Shown here: positions 13,055 through 21,591 of the stretch, one piece after another
Layout: each line of letters opens with the position of its first letter
How positions within the stretch are numbered: position 1 is the first letter of the stretch
DNA from: Paramoeba atlantica
Taxonomy: Eukaryota; Protista; Discosea
DNA: 21,591 nucleotides
Assembly (NCBI GenBank): GCA_977017575.1
Contig: CDRNVI010000195.1
Coordinates: forward strand, 1 to 21,591
Reading direction: 5' to 3'
Position numbers and translations under genes: made by a program
The notes under the pieces: model-generated
The model's database searches: none
Seen by the model: the letters and a program-made list of their open reading frames with translations, nothing else
Told to the model about the DNA's origin: nothing

Positions 13055-15178
13055 AGAAATTGTTCTTTATCATTGAAAATGACATCGTCTTATTTCCTGT
13101 GATTTATTGTATCCAAAGAATCCTATTTTTCTCTCAGATAAAGCACAATGTGATGTGATGGGTTAGAGGTTCAGTTTCTTTTTTCTAACATTTTTTTAAA
13201 CAATATTTAAATAATTAAAGTTTTAATGTTTTTTCCTTCAGAAATTGTTCTTTATCATTGAAAATTACATCGTCTTATTCCTTGTGATTTACTGTATTCA
13301 AAGAAATCTATTTTTCTCTCAAATAAAACACAATGATGTGATGTGAGGGGTTCAGTTTTTTTTTTCTAATATTTTTCTAAACAATTTAAATAATTTTATT
13401 TTATTATTTTTTCCTTCAGAAATTGTTCTTTATCATTGAAAATAATATCATCTTATTCCTTGTGATTTATTATATTCAAAGAAGCCTATTTTTCTCAGAT
13501 AAAGCACCTGATATGATATGAGAGGTTCAGTTTTTTTTTTTTTGATATTTTTTTAAATAATAACTAATTACTTTTTTTTATTGTTTTTTCCTTCAGAAAC
13601 TATTCTTTATCATTGAAAATACTATTGTCTTATTCCTTGTGATTTACTGTATCCAAAGAATCCTATTTTTCTCAAATAAAATACAATGATGTGATGTGAG
13701 GTTCAGTTTCTTTTTTTTGATATTTTTTTAAATAATAACTAATTACTTTTTTTTATTGTTTTTTCCTTTAGAAACTGTTCTTTATCATTGAAAATCACAT
13801 TGTCTTATTTCCTATGATTTACTCTCTCCAAAGAAGCTTATTTTTCTCAGATAAGCACCTGATGTGATGTGAGGGGTTCAGTTTCTTTTTTTTAATATTT
13901 TTTTAAATAGTAATTAATTACTTTTTTTTATTGTTTTTTTCTTTAGAGAGTATTTTTTATCATTGAAAATTACATCATCTTATTCTTTGTGATTTATTGT
14001 ATCCAAAGAATTCTATTTTTCTTTCAAATAAAATACAATGATGTGATGTTGGGTTGGCGCCCGTAATTTAGTCGTAAATTCGACTATGTCCAACCCCGGA
14101 GGGGCGAGTTCAAATCCTAGTTTTTCGATATTATAGAAAATTTTTCTGGTGCTGTAGAGTGATTTGATTGGAGTGAGGAGCTTTTGAAGAAGTGTGAAAA
14201 TCAGAACAGGTTACATCTCAGCCCTGTCTGCTAAAAAGTTGAGGGTAAATTCCCTTGGAAGGAACTTTGGATTATTTTCCCTTCTGATGTGCATCCTCCA
14301 GCCTGAACTTGCAGAAGTTCTAAAGTTCAGCATAAAGACCGACTGAACTAAGCTGAAGTTTAAAACTTCACCTCTCGTTAGAGGTTAAAAACAAACATAA
14401 TTTAATGTAATTCAAATGGCTTAGATTAAGAACTACTAATTGAATAAAGTCTGCCTCAAAAAGAAAAAAAAACAATGATGTGATGTGAGTGATTTAGTTT
14501 CTTTTTTCTGATATTTTTTTAAACAATATTTAAATAATTAAAGTTTTAATGTTTTTTTCTTTTAGAGAATGTTCTTTATCATTGAAAATAACATTGTCTT
14601 ATTCCTTGTGATTTATTGTATCTAAAGAAGTTTATTTTTCTCTCAGATAAGCATTTGATGTGATGTGAAGGGTTCAATTTTTTTTTTTCCAATATTTTTT
14701 TAAACAATAACTAATTATTTTTTTTTATTATTTTTTCCTTCAGAGAATGTTCTTTATCATTGAAAATTACATTGTCTTATTCCTTGTGATTTATTGTATT
14801 CAAAGAATTCTATTTTTCTCAAATAAAGCACCTAATGTGATATGAGAAGTTTAGTTTCTTTTTTCTGATATTTTTTTAAACAATAACTAATTACTTTTTT
14901 TTATTGTTTTTTCCTTCAGAAATTATTCTTTATTATTGAAAATGATATTGTCTTATTCTTTGTGATTTACTGTATCCAAAGAAGCTTATTTTTCTCAGAT
15001 AAAGTACTTGATGTGATATGAGGTTCAGTTTTTTTTTTTCAATATTTTTTTAAACAATAACTAATTACTTTTTTTTATTATTTTTTCCTTCAGAAACTGT
15101 TCTTTATCATTAAAAATCACATTGTCTTATTTCCTATGATTTACTCTCTCTAAAGAAGCCTATTTTTCTCAAATAAAA
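13055..15178. repeat. Subtelomeric satellite, ~175-185-bp monomer, 10 units (last one truncated)
   Basis: Units begin aga(a/g)a.tgttctttatcattgaaaat at ~13055, 13240, 13418, 13595, 13770, 13945, 14564, 14742, 14918 and 15092. Unit 6 is interrupted by the SINE. Confidence 0.95.
14050..14471 (+). mobile_element. SINE-like retroposon, 422 bp
   Basis: It is flanked by a perfect 15-bp target-site duplication, acaatgatgtgatgt (14035-14049 and 14472-14486). A B-box-like GAGTTCAAATCC lies at 14106-14117, and AATAAA precedes an A-rich tail (aaaaagaaaaaaaa). It has no ORF and keeps its CpGs, unlike the surrounding satellite. The A box is weak. Confidence 0.88.
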
Positions 15179-15599
15179 TTAGGGTTTAGGGCCTAATTAC
15201 TTCGTTTTGAACTACTTTTTTTCACAATTCAGAAAATCGAGACTGGTAGAAAGATGCGCCTCATTTTTGTCTTCCTAATGGCATATTTTTTTTTAAAATC
15301 CGAATATGTCACAAAAAGTTATAGACAGTTTACGAAGAGGTCTTATGTATGAAATTCACATATAATGATAGGACTTTAAAGTGGCACCCTACATATTGAG
15401 GAAACAAGTGAGCTGGGACTAATTTTTTTTGATAACATAATAAAAAAAACTATTTTCTAAAACTTGGACCAGCCAGATTTTTGATTTTGTCTCATAGAAT
15501 AAAAATAATTGAGAAAACATTTATATGATTTTTACATACAAACATATAATTTTAGTTTCCTCCCTACATTATCAGGTCATATATAAAATTTTTCATGGT

Positions 15600-16070
15600 T
15601 TTCCTTAAACATAGATTAATTTCATGTTTTTACACTACTCTATTATTTTTATTTTTCATTTTTTAATTTTGAGAGATTTTTATAGAGTCTAAAAATATGA
15701 GTATTTTTTCTATGTATTTTACATATAAAAAAACATCAATGAATTGGTACCTACATAATAGGGAAATATATAAAATTTTTCAAAGTTTTCTTTAAACATA
15801 GATTAATTTCATGTTTTTACACTACTTTATTATTTTTATTTTTCATTTTTTAATATTGAGAGATTTTTACAGCATCCTTTTATAAACATACTTTTGGAAC
15901 TTTTGGCTCTGTTTCTCTATTATAACAAATAATATTATTGCTCCCTACATAAAAATAAAATAGATAAATCTCAAATTGATTTTCTTTATTTTAAGATTCA
16001 TTTAATGTTTTTACACTACTCTATTACTTTTATTTTTCATTTTTTGATATTGAGAGATTTTTATAGACCT
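15600..16070. repeat. Three ~190-200-bp internal repeats in the module (mirrored at ~18545-19015)
   Basis: atgtttttacactact.tatta.ttttatttttcatttttt.at.ttgagagatttt recurs at ~15619, ~15807 and ~16006. Confidence 0.85.
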
Positions 16071-16644
16071 TTTATGTAAGCATACTTTTGAGAAAATACT
16101 TTTTGTAATGTGTTAATAAAATCATGTTAGAAATCAAAAAATTGATTTAAGATTGATAATATGTTTAAAAAAACCTTTATTGAATAGGATTTATTTTCTA
16201 TCATTCATTTTTCATCATTTGAAGCTTTTTAATTGATGTGAAAAAATTGACTAAATAAGGAAATTTACATATTTAAAAGTACTCTATCTTTCTATGAGGA
16301 TGGATTCAGGAAGAAAAAATTAAAATTTGAAGAGAAGCCAACATGTTCTTGAATTGGGTCATATAAATATTTTTTCAATTCCTTCATTTGATAGAGATAA
16401 ATGATCAACAAGTAGGGTAAATGGGTATATTTTTTGACTTAGTGAATTTTTTTTTGATTTTTTGGAGTGAAATTTTGTCTCTCCAATTTTATTGAAAATT
16501 TGATAGGATGGATAAAATACAAAGGGGAATCAGCACATATGATTTTCATTTTGAACAAACATCACATCACTGAGATATAGAGGGTTGTTGAATTTTTCAA
16601 CTTTGTAATATAAAAACATTGTTTTTTCTAAGTATTTAACAAAT

Positions 16645-16710
16645 AGCTTGATGGCTTAGTGGTAAAAACCTTCTTTTTGATGAAAGTTGTGAGTTCAATT
16701 CTCTCAAAAG
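16645..16710 (+). pseudogene. Degenerate tRNA-like (Pol III type-2 promoter) relic, copy 1
   Basis: A box TGGCTTAGTGG (16652-16662) and B box GAGTTCAATTC (16691-16701) lie at tRNA-like spacing, followed by a long T-run. The stems do not fold into a full cloverleaf, so no anticodon is assigned. Confidence 0.55.
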
Positions 16711-16899
16711 TTCTTTTTTTTTCTTTTTTTTTTCTTTCCTTCTTGTTCAAGAAATCATTCTTTTACTCTTTGTTTGAGTTTTTTTTATTTGTAAAGATTC
16801 ATATTTTTTTTGTTTCATTGAAATTGAAGTCTCTCCCTCTGAGAAACATGATAGAAAAATGAATTTTTTTTTTTAAAATTCTTTGAAAATGAAGAATAT

Positions 16900-18123
16900 C
16901 TCAGAGGATTGTTAGTGAAATAAGTTGATATTTTGATTTTAAATAGTTTATATATTGTAGATATATGTATTTTTTATTCCATCAAAATCTAAAGTCATTT
17001 GACTGAAATCGACAATTTTTTCAATGATAGAGTATTGAAAAAAAATAATAAAAAATAAAAAATCCCTATCATTGAGAGGTAAAATGATATTTTTGAAAAA
17101 TAAAATATAATAATAAAAGATAAAGCTTAGTTTTGTGAATAAAATGAGGCTATTTTGAATAAAATTGAAGAAGGTGACATTGAGATATTCAAGAAATACA
17201 ATTTTTGTTTGAATGGACTTAGAAAATTTTTAAAAAAAATCAACAAAATATGGAGATTGATAATAACTCAGAGGAAAGATAGTAAAATAAGCTATAAAGT
17301 TGATAGAATATAGTTGACTAAATATAAATATGTGTATTTTTTATTTCATCAAAATCTAAGTTGGTATGACTGACAATGATAGAGTATTTAATGATAAAGC
17401 CAATGTAAAAATCATAGAAAAATGAAAAGCACCTATCATTGAAAGATAAAATGAGATTATTGAAAAAAGAAACTATAAAATAAAGATAAAACTTAGTTTT
17501 GTGAATAAAATAAGGCTATTTTGAATAAAATTGAAAAACTTAACACTGAGATATTCAAGTAATACAATTTTTGTTTAAAAGGACTTAAAAAATTTTTGAA
17601 AAAAATCAACAAAATATGAAGATGATCAATAACTCAGAGGAAAGATATTGAAATAAGCTATAAAGTTGATAAAATATAGTCAACTAAATATAGATATATG
17701 TATTTTTTGTCACATCAAAATCTGAGTTGGTATGACTGACAATGATAGAGTATTCAATGATAAAGCTTATATAAAAATTATAGAAAAAAGAAAAGCACCT
17801 ATTATTGAAAGATAAAATAAGATTATTGAAAAACAAAACTAGATGAGAAAGATAAAGCTTTGTTTTGTGAATAAAATGAGGCTATTGTGAATAAAATTGA
17901 AGAAGGTGACACTGAAATATTCAAGAAATACAATTTTTGTTTAAATGGACTTAAAAAATTTTCAAAAAAAATCAACAAAATATGAAGATGATCAATAACT
18001 TAGAAGAAAGATAGTAAAATAAGCTATAAAGCTAATAGAATATAGTCAACTAAATGTAGATATATGTATTTTTTATTATATCAAAATTTGAGTTGGTATG
18101 ACTAAGAATAATAGAGTATTTAA
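16900..18123. repeat. Second satellite, ~366-bp unit, ~3.3 copies
   Basis: The marker ctcagagga (cttagaaga in the last copy) occurs at 16900, 17267, 17633 and 17999. The array is cut at 18123 by the second module. Confidence 0.92.
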
Positions 18124-19687
18124 TTAGGGTTTAGGGTCTAATTACTTTGTTTTGAATCACTTTTTTTCACAATTCGGAAAATCAAGACTGGTAGAAAGAT
18201 GCGCCTCATTTTTGTCTTCCTAATGGCATATTTTTTTTTAAAATCCGAATATGTCACAAAAAGTTATAGGCAGTTTACGAAGAGGTCTTATGTATGAAAT
18301 TCACATATAATGATAGGACTTTAAAGTGGCACTCTACATATTGAGGAAACAAGTGAGCTGGGACTCATTTTTTTTGATAACATAATAAAAAAAACTATTT
18401 TCTAAAACTTGGACCAGCCAGATTTTTGATTTTGTCTCATAGAACAAAAATAATTGAGAAAACATTTATATGATTTTTACATACAAACATATAATTTTAG
18501 TCTCCTCCCTACATTATCAGGTCATATATAAAATTTTTCATAGTTTTCCTTAAACATAGATTAATTTCATGTTTTTACACTACTCTATTACTTTCATTTC
18601 TCATTTTTTCATTTTGAGAGATTTTTATAGAGTCTAAAAATATGAGTATTTTTTCTATGTATTTTACATATAAAAAAACATCAATGAATTGGTACCTACA
18701 TAAGAGGGGAATATATAAAATTTTTCAAAGTTTTCTTTAAACATAGATTAACTTCATGTTTTTACACTACCTTATTATTTTTATTTTTCATTTTTTAATA
18801 TTGAGAGATTTTTACAGCATCCTTTTGTAAACATACTTTTGGGACTTTTGGCTCTGTTTCCCTATTATAACAAATAATATTATTGCTCCCTACATAAAAA
18901 CAAAATAAATAAATCTCAAATTGATTTTCTTTATTTTAAGATTCATTTGATGTTTTTACACTACTCTATTACTTTTATTTTTCATTTTTTGATATGGAGA
19001 GATTTTTATAGACCTTTTATGTAAGCATACTTTTGAGAAAATACTTTTTGTAATGTGTTAATAAAATCATGTCAGAAATCAAAAAATTGATTTAAGGTTA
19101 ATAATATGTTTAAAAAAACCTTTATTGAATAGGATTTATCTTCTATCATTCATTTTTCATCATTTGGAGCTTTTTAATTGATGCGAAAAAATTGACTAAA
19201 TAAGGAAATTTACATATTTGAAAGTACTCTATCTTTCTATGAGGATGGATTCAGGAAGAAAAAATTAAAATTTGAAGAGAAGTTAACATGTTTTTGAATT
19301 GGATTATATAAATATTTTTTCAATTCCTTCATTTGATAGAGATAAATGATCAACAAGTAGGGTAAATGGGTATATTTTTTGACTTAGTGAAAATTTTTTT
19401 TGATTTTTTGGAGTGAAATTTTGTCTCTCCAATTTTATTGAAAATTTGATAGGATGGATAAAATACAAAGGGAAATCAGCACATATGATTTTCATTTTGA
19501 ACAAACATCACATCACTGAGATATAGAGAGTTGTTGAATTTTTCAACTTTGTAATATAAAAACATTGTTTTTTCTAAGTATTTAACAAATAACCTGATGG
19601 TTTAGTGGTAAAAACTTTCTTTTTGATGAAAGTTATGAGTTCAATTTTCTCAAAAGTTCTTTTTTTTTTTTTTTTTTTTCTTTCCCT
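18124..19687. repeat. 1.56-kb non-coding module, copy 2, starting with TTAGGGTTTAGGG
   Basis: The telomeric tract is at 18124-18136, followed by tctaattac. It differs from copy 1 mostly by transitions. Confidence 0.93.
19591..19655 (+). pseudogene. Degenerate tRNA-like relic, copy 2
   Basis: TGGTTTAGTGG (19598-19608) and GAGTTCAATTTTC (from 19637), followed by a T-run. Confidence 0.5.
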
Positions 19688-20847
19688 ATACATTGCAAAA
19701 AATTAACGAATTTTTTCAAAAGATTTATGAATCGAATCGATTAAGGTAATGATTCTATCCAAAAAAAATGAAAAACGTCAAAGCATAAGGTGTGCTAAAA
19801 AAGAAACCTTTTGTTTTTCTTTGATTTTCTCAATTCTTTCTTTTGATTGTGTGTGGAAAAGTGAAATGATTAATCTGGTGGTGTTGTTTTTAATAGTTTG
19901 TGAATAAAGAAAAAAAAAAAGAATAATAAACTAAAACATTCACTTGAAATATGGAATAAAAAAGTTCATTGGTAAATCAAACAATCTATTATGTATCTTT
20001 CCAAACTTTTCAACTCTTCTTTTCTTTCAATTTCTTTCTTTTTTCTTTCTGTTTTTCTGTTTTTTTTTCACCCACTGCTTTTTTTTCCGAAAAAGAAAAA
20101 AAAAATCCAATTCCCAATCAAATGTTGCCACATCATCCATTTTCTTTTTCTTTTTTTGGTTTTTTTTTAGTTTTTTGTTTTGAACAGTTTTTTTTTTTCT
20201 TTTTTGTTTGTGAGAAAGAAAGAAAAAAAGAAAAAAAAAGAAAAAGAGAAAGATTCAACAAAAAAGAGAAAAAAACAAAAAAAAACAAAGAAAAAGGATT
20301 GTATGACCAAAATTGATTGAAAAAATCCAAATACAAACCAAAAATAAGATTAAAGAAAAAAAAAAGAAAAAAAATTGAATTTGTATTGGTCCTATCTTGA
20401 TGGAAGCTTGAACAACTAAGAAAAAACAAGAACATTTGAATTCTTTTTCACCTCCTTGCCAAATTTTAAGAAAAAAAATCATACCCAAAATAAAAATCGG
20501 TTTTTCAGCAAAAAAGTTTTTCTTTTTTGTTTTTTGTTTTTGTTTGATTTTTGTGTTTGGTTTTTGTTTTTTGAAAGATGAAAAAAATAGACTTTTAGAA
20601 ATCAAGAGATTTTTGGTTTTTTTAATGTATTACTTTTATATTAAGAAAGAAAAATGAAAAACCAATCTATTTTTCTCAAAGTGAGAAAGATAAGAGAATT
20701 CACAAGGTTTATCCAGTGATCCAATTCTTTGAGGTTTTCTTTTTTTTCTTTTTTCCTCTTCTTTTTTTTGTTTCTTTTTTTCTTTTTTTCTTTTTCTTTT
20801 TCGTTTCTTTTTTCTTCTTTTTCCTTCATCTCTTTTTCTTTTTTACT
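19684..20847 (+). repeat. Segmental duplication copy 2 (MULE 3' end), truncated by the telomeric array
   Basis: Matches 11443-12605; homology stops at ...tttttact, directly before aattaggggtttaggg. Confidence 0.95.
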
Positions 20848-20849
20848 AA

Positions 20850-21324
20850 TTAGGGGTTTAGGGTTTAGGGTTTAGGGTTTAGGGTTTAGGGTTTAGGGTT
20901 TAGGGTTTAGGGTTTAGGGTTTAGGGTTTAGGGTTTAGGGTTTAGGGTTTAGGGTTTAGGGTTTAGGGTTTAGGGTTTAGGGTTTAGGGTTTAGGGTTTA
21001 GGGTTTAGGGTTTAGGGTTTAGGGTTTAGGGTTTAGGGTTTAGGGTTTAGGGTTTAGGGTTTAGGGTTTAGGGTTTAGGGTTTAGGGTTTAGGGTTTAGG
21101 GTTTAGGGTTTAGGGTTTAGGGTTTAGGGTTTAGGGTTTAGGGTTTAGGGTTTAGGGTTTAGGGTTTAGGGTTTAGGGTTTAGGGTTTAGGGTTTAGGGT
21201 TTAGGGTTTAGGGTTTAGGGTTTAGGGTTTAGGGTTTAGGGTTTAGGGTTTAGGGTTTAGGGTTTAGGGTTTAGGGTTTAGGGTTTAGGGTTTAGGGTTT
21301 AGGGTTTAGGGTTTAGGGTTTAGG
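20850..21324 (+). repeat. Plant-type telomeric repeat array (TTTAGGG)n, internal in this window
   Basis: One variant TTAGGGG (20850-20856), 66 perfect TTTAGGG units (20857-21318, 462 bp) and a partial TTTAGG (21319-21324). The G-rich strand is on +, as expected for a right-hand chromosome end. Confidence 0.99.
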
Positions 21325-21591
21325 ATGCAAATCTCCAAGAACTGCGAAACCGTTTGAGGCAGGGATCTCTGAAAAAGGATAAATCACTTTTTCCTTCCCA
21401 GAAACACCAGTGGGGACACTCTTATTACAGTCATTTTCCTTTGTTTTTTCCTCTTCATCTTTCCCTTCTTCTATCTCCTCTTTCCCTTTCTCCTCTTCCC
21501 TACTTTTCTTTTTCTTCTTCTTTGCTGGCTTCTTGGTTACAGGTAATGGTTTGGTCCCAGTAGGAGTTGGTTCCTTCTCCTCAACTGTCTC
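21313..21591 (-). CDS. 5'-partial open reading frame running into the telomeric array; possible retroelement ORF1/Gag-like fragment or host exon
   Basis: 92 codons without a stop from the window edge: ETVEEKEPTPTGTKPLPVTKKPAKKKKKKSREEEKGKEEIEEGKDEEEKTKENDCNKSVPTGVSGKEKVIYPFSEIPASNGFAVLGDLHPKP*. The stop codon comes from the telomeric repeat itself. It is missing from the ORF track because it has no early start codon. Confidence 0.5.
   Translation of the reverse strand, partial: ETVEEKEPTPTGTKPLPVTKKPAKKKKKKSREEEKGKEEIEEGKDEEEKTKENDCNKSVPTGVSGKEKVIYPFSEIPASNGFAVLGDLHPKP

Larger units (their letters stand above)
15179..16740. repeat. 1.56-kb non-coding module, copy 1, starting with TTAGGGTTTAGGG
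   Basis: Colinear with 18124-19687. It starts with a telomeric tract (15179-15191) followed by cctaattac, contains ~190-bp internal repeats, and ends with a tRNA-like relic and a T-run. Confidence 0.93.

Noticed and set aside
14050-14125. HDV-like or hammerhead ribozyme in the SINE head
   Set aside because: The 7-bp G-starting stem resembles P1, but the P3/L3 and P1.1 elements do not map and there is no CUGANGA/GAAA core.
13055-15178. CRISPR-like array
   Set aside because: Whole ~180-bp units are homologous with no unique spacers, there are no cas genes, and the context is eukaryotic.
16645-16720. Functional tRNA gene
   Set aside because: Acceptor, D and anticodon stems do not pair; it is kept only as a relic.
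15179-19688. hAT-type element with TAGGG...CCCTA termini
   Set aside because: The CCCTA at 19684 belongs to the duplicated MULE exon (also at 11443), copy 1 lacks it, and there is no 8-bp target-site duplication.
21354-21563. Plus-strand 69-aa ORF after the telomeric array
   Set aside because: It has a TTG start and an F/L/S/P composition typical of the antisense of a K/E-rich exon. The minus frame matches this genome's coding-strand purine bias.

Overview
This window looks like the distal ~21.6 kb of a chromosome arm from an AT-rich, intron-rich eukaryote with plant-type TTTAGGG telomeres (probably a protist; taxon not determinable here). From left to right it holds: (1) the 3' part of a gene with at least 17 exons encoding a K/E coiled coil, a LIM domain, two SAM domains and a C2HC zinc finger (1-3823, +); (2) a convergent 4-exon gene for a secreted or membrane-anchored sulfotransferase-like protein (3955-5830, -); (3) decayed transposons: a frameshifted Gag-like ORF with zinc knuckles, an antisense ORF relic with a ~205-bp inverted duplication, and an intron-containing Mutator (MULE) transposase pseudogene; (4) a ~180-bp satellite carrying a SINE with a 15-bp target-site duplication; (5) two copies of a 1.56-kb non-coding module that each start with TTAGGGTTTAGGG, a 366-bp satellite, and a 1.16-kb duplicate of the MULE 3' end; (6) 66 perfect TTTAGGG repeats that are not terminal, followed by an open, CpG-intact, minus-strand reading frame that runs into them. 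The strongest lead is that this end seems to have been built by repeated additions joined through telomeric sequence, which resembles telomere-primed retrotransposition; an assembly artefact or recombination cannot be excluded from sequence alone. A second strong signal is heavy CpG deamination of the repeats. All alignments, counts and domain calls were made by eye, with no database searches.
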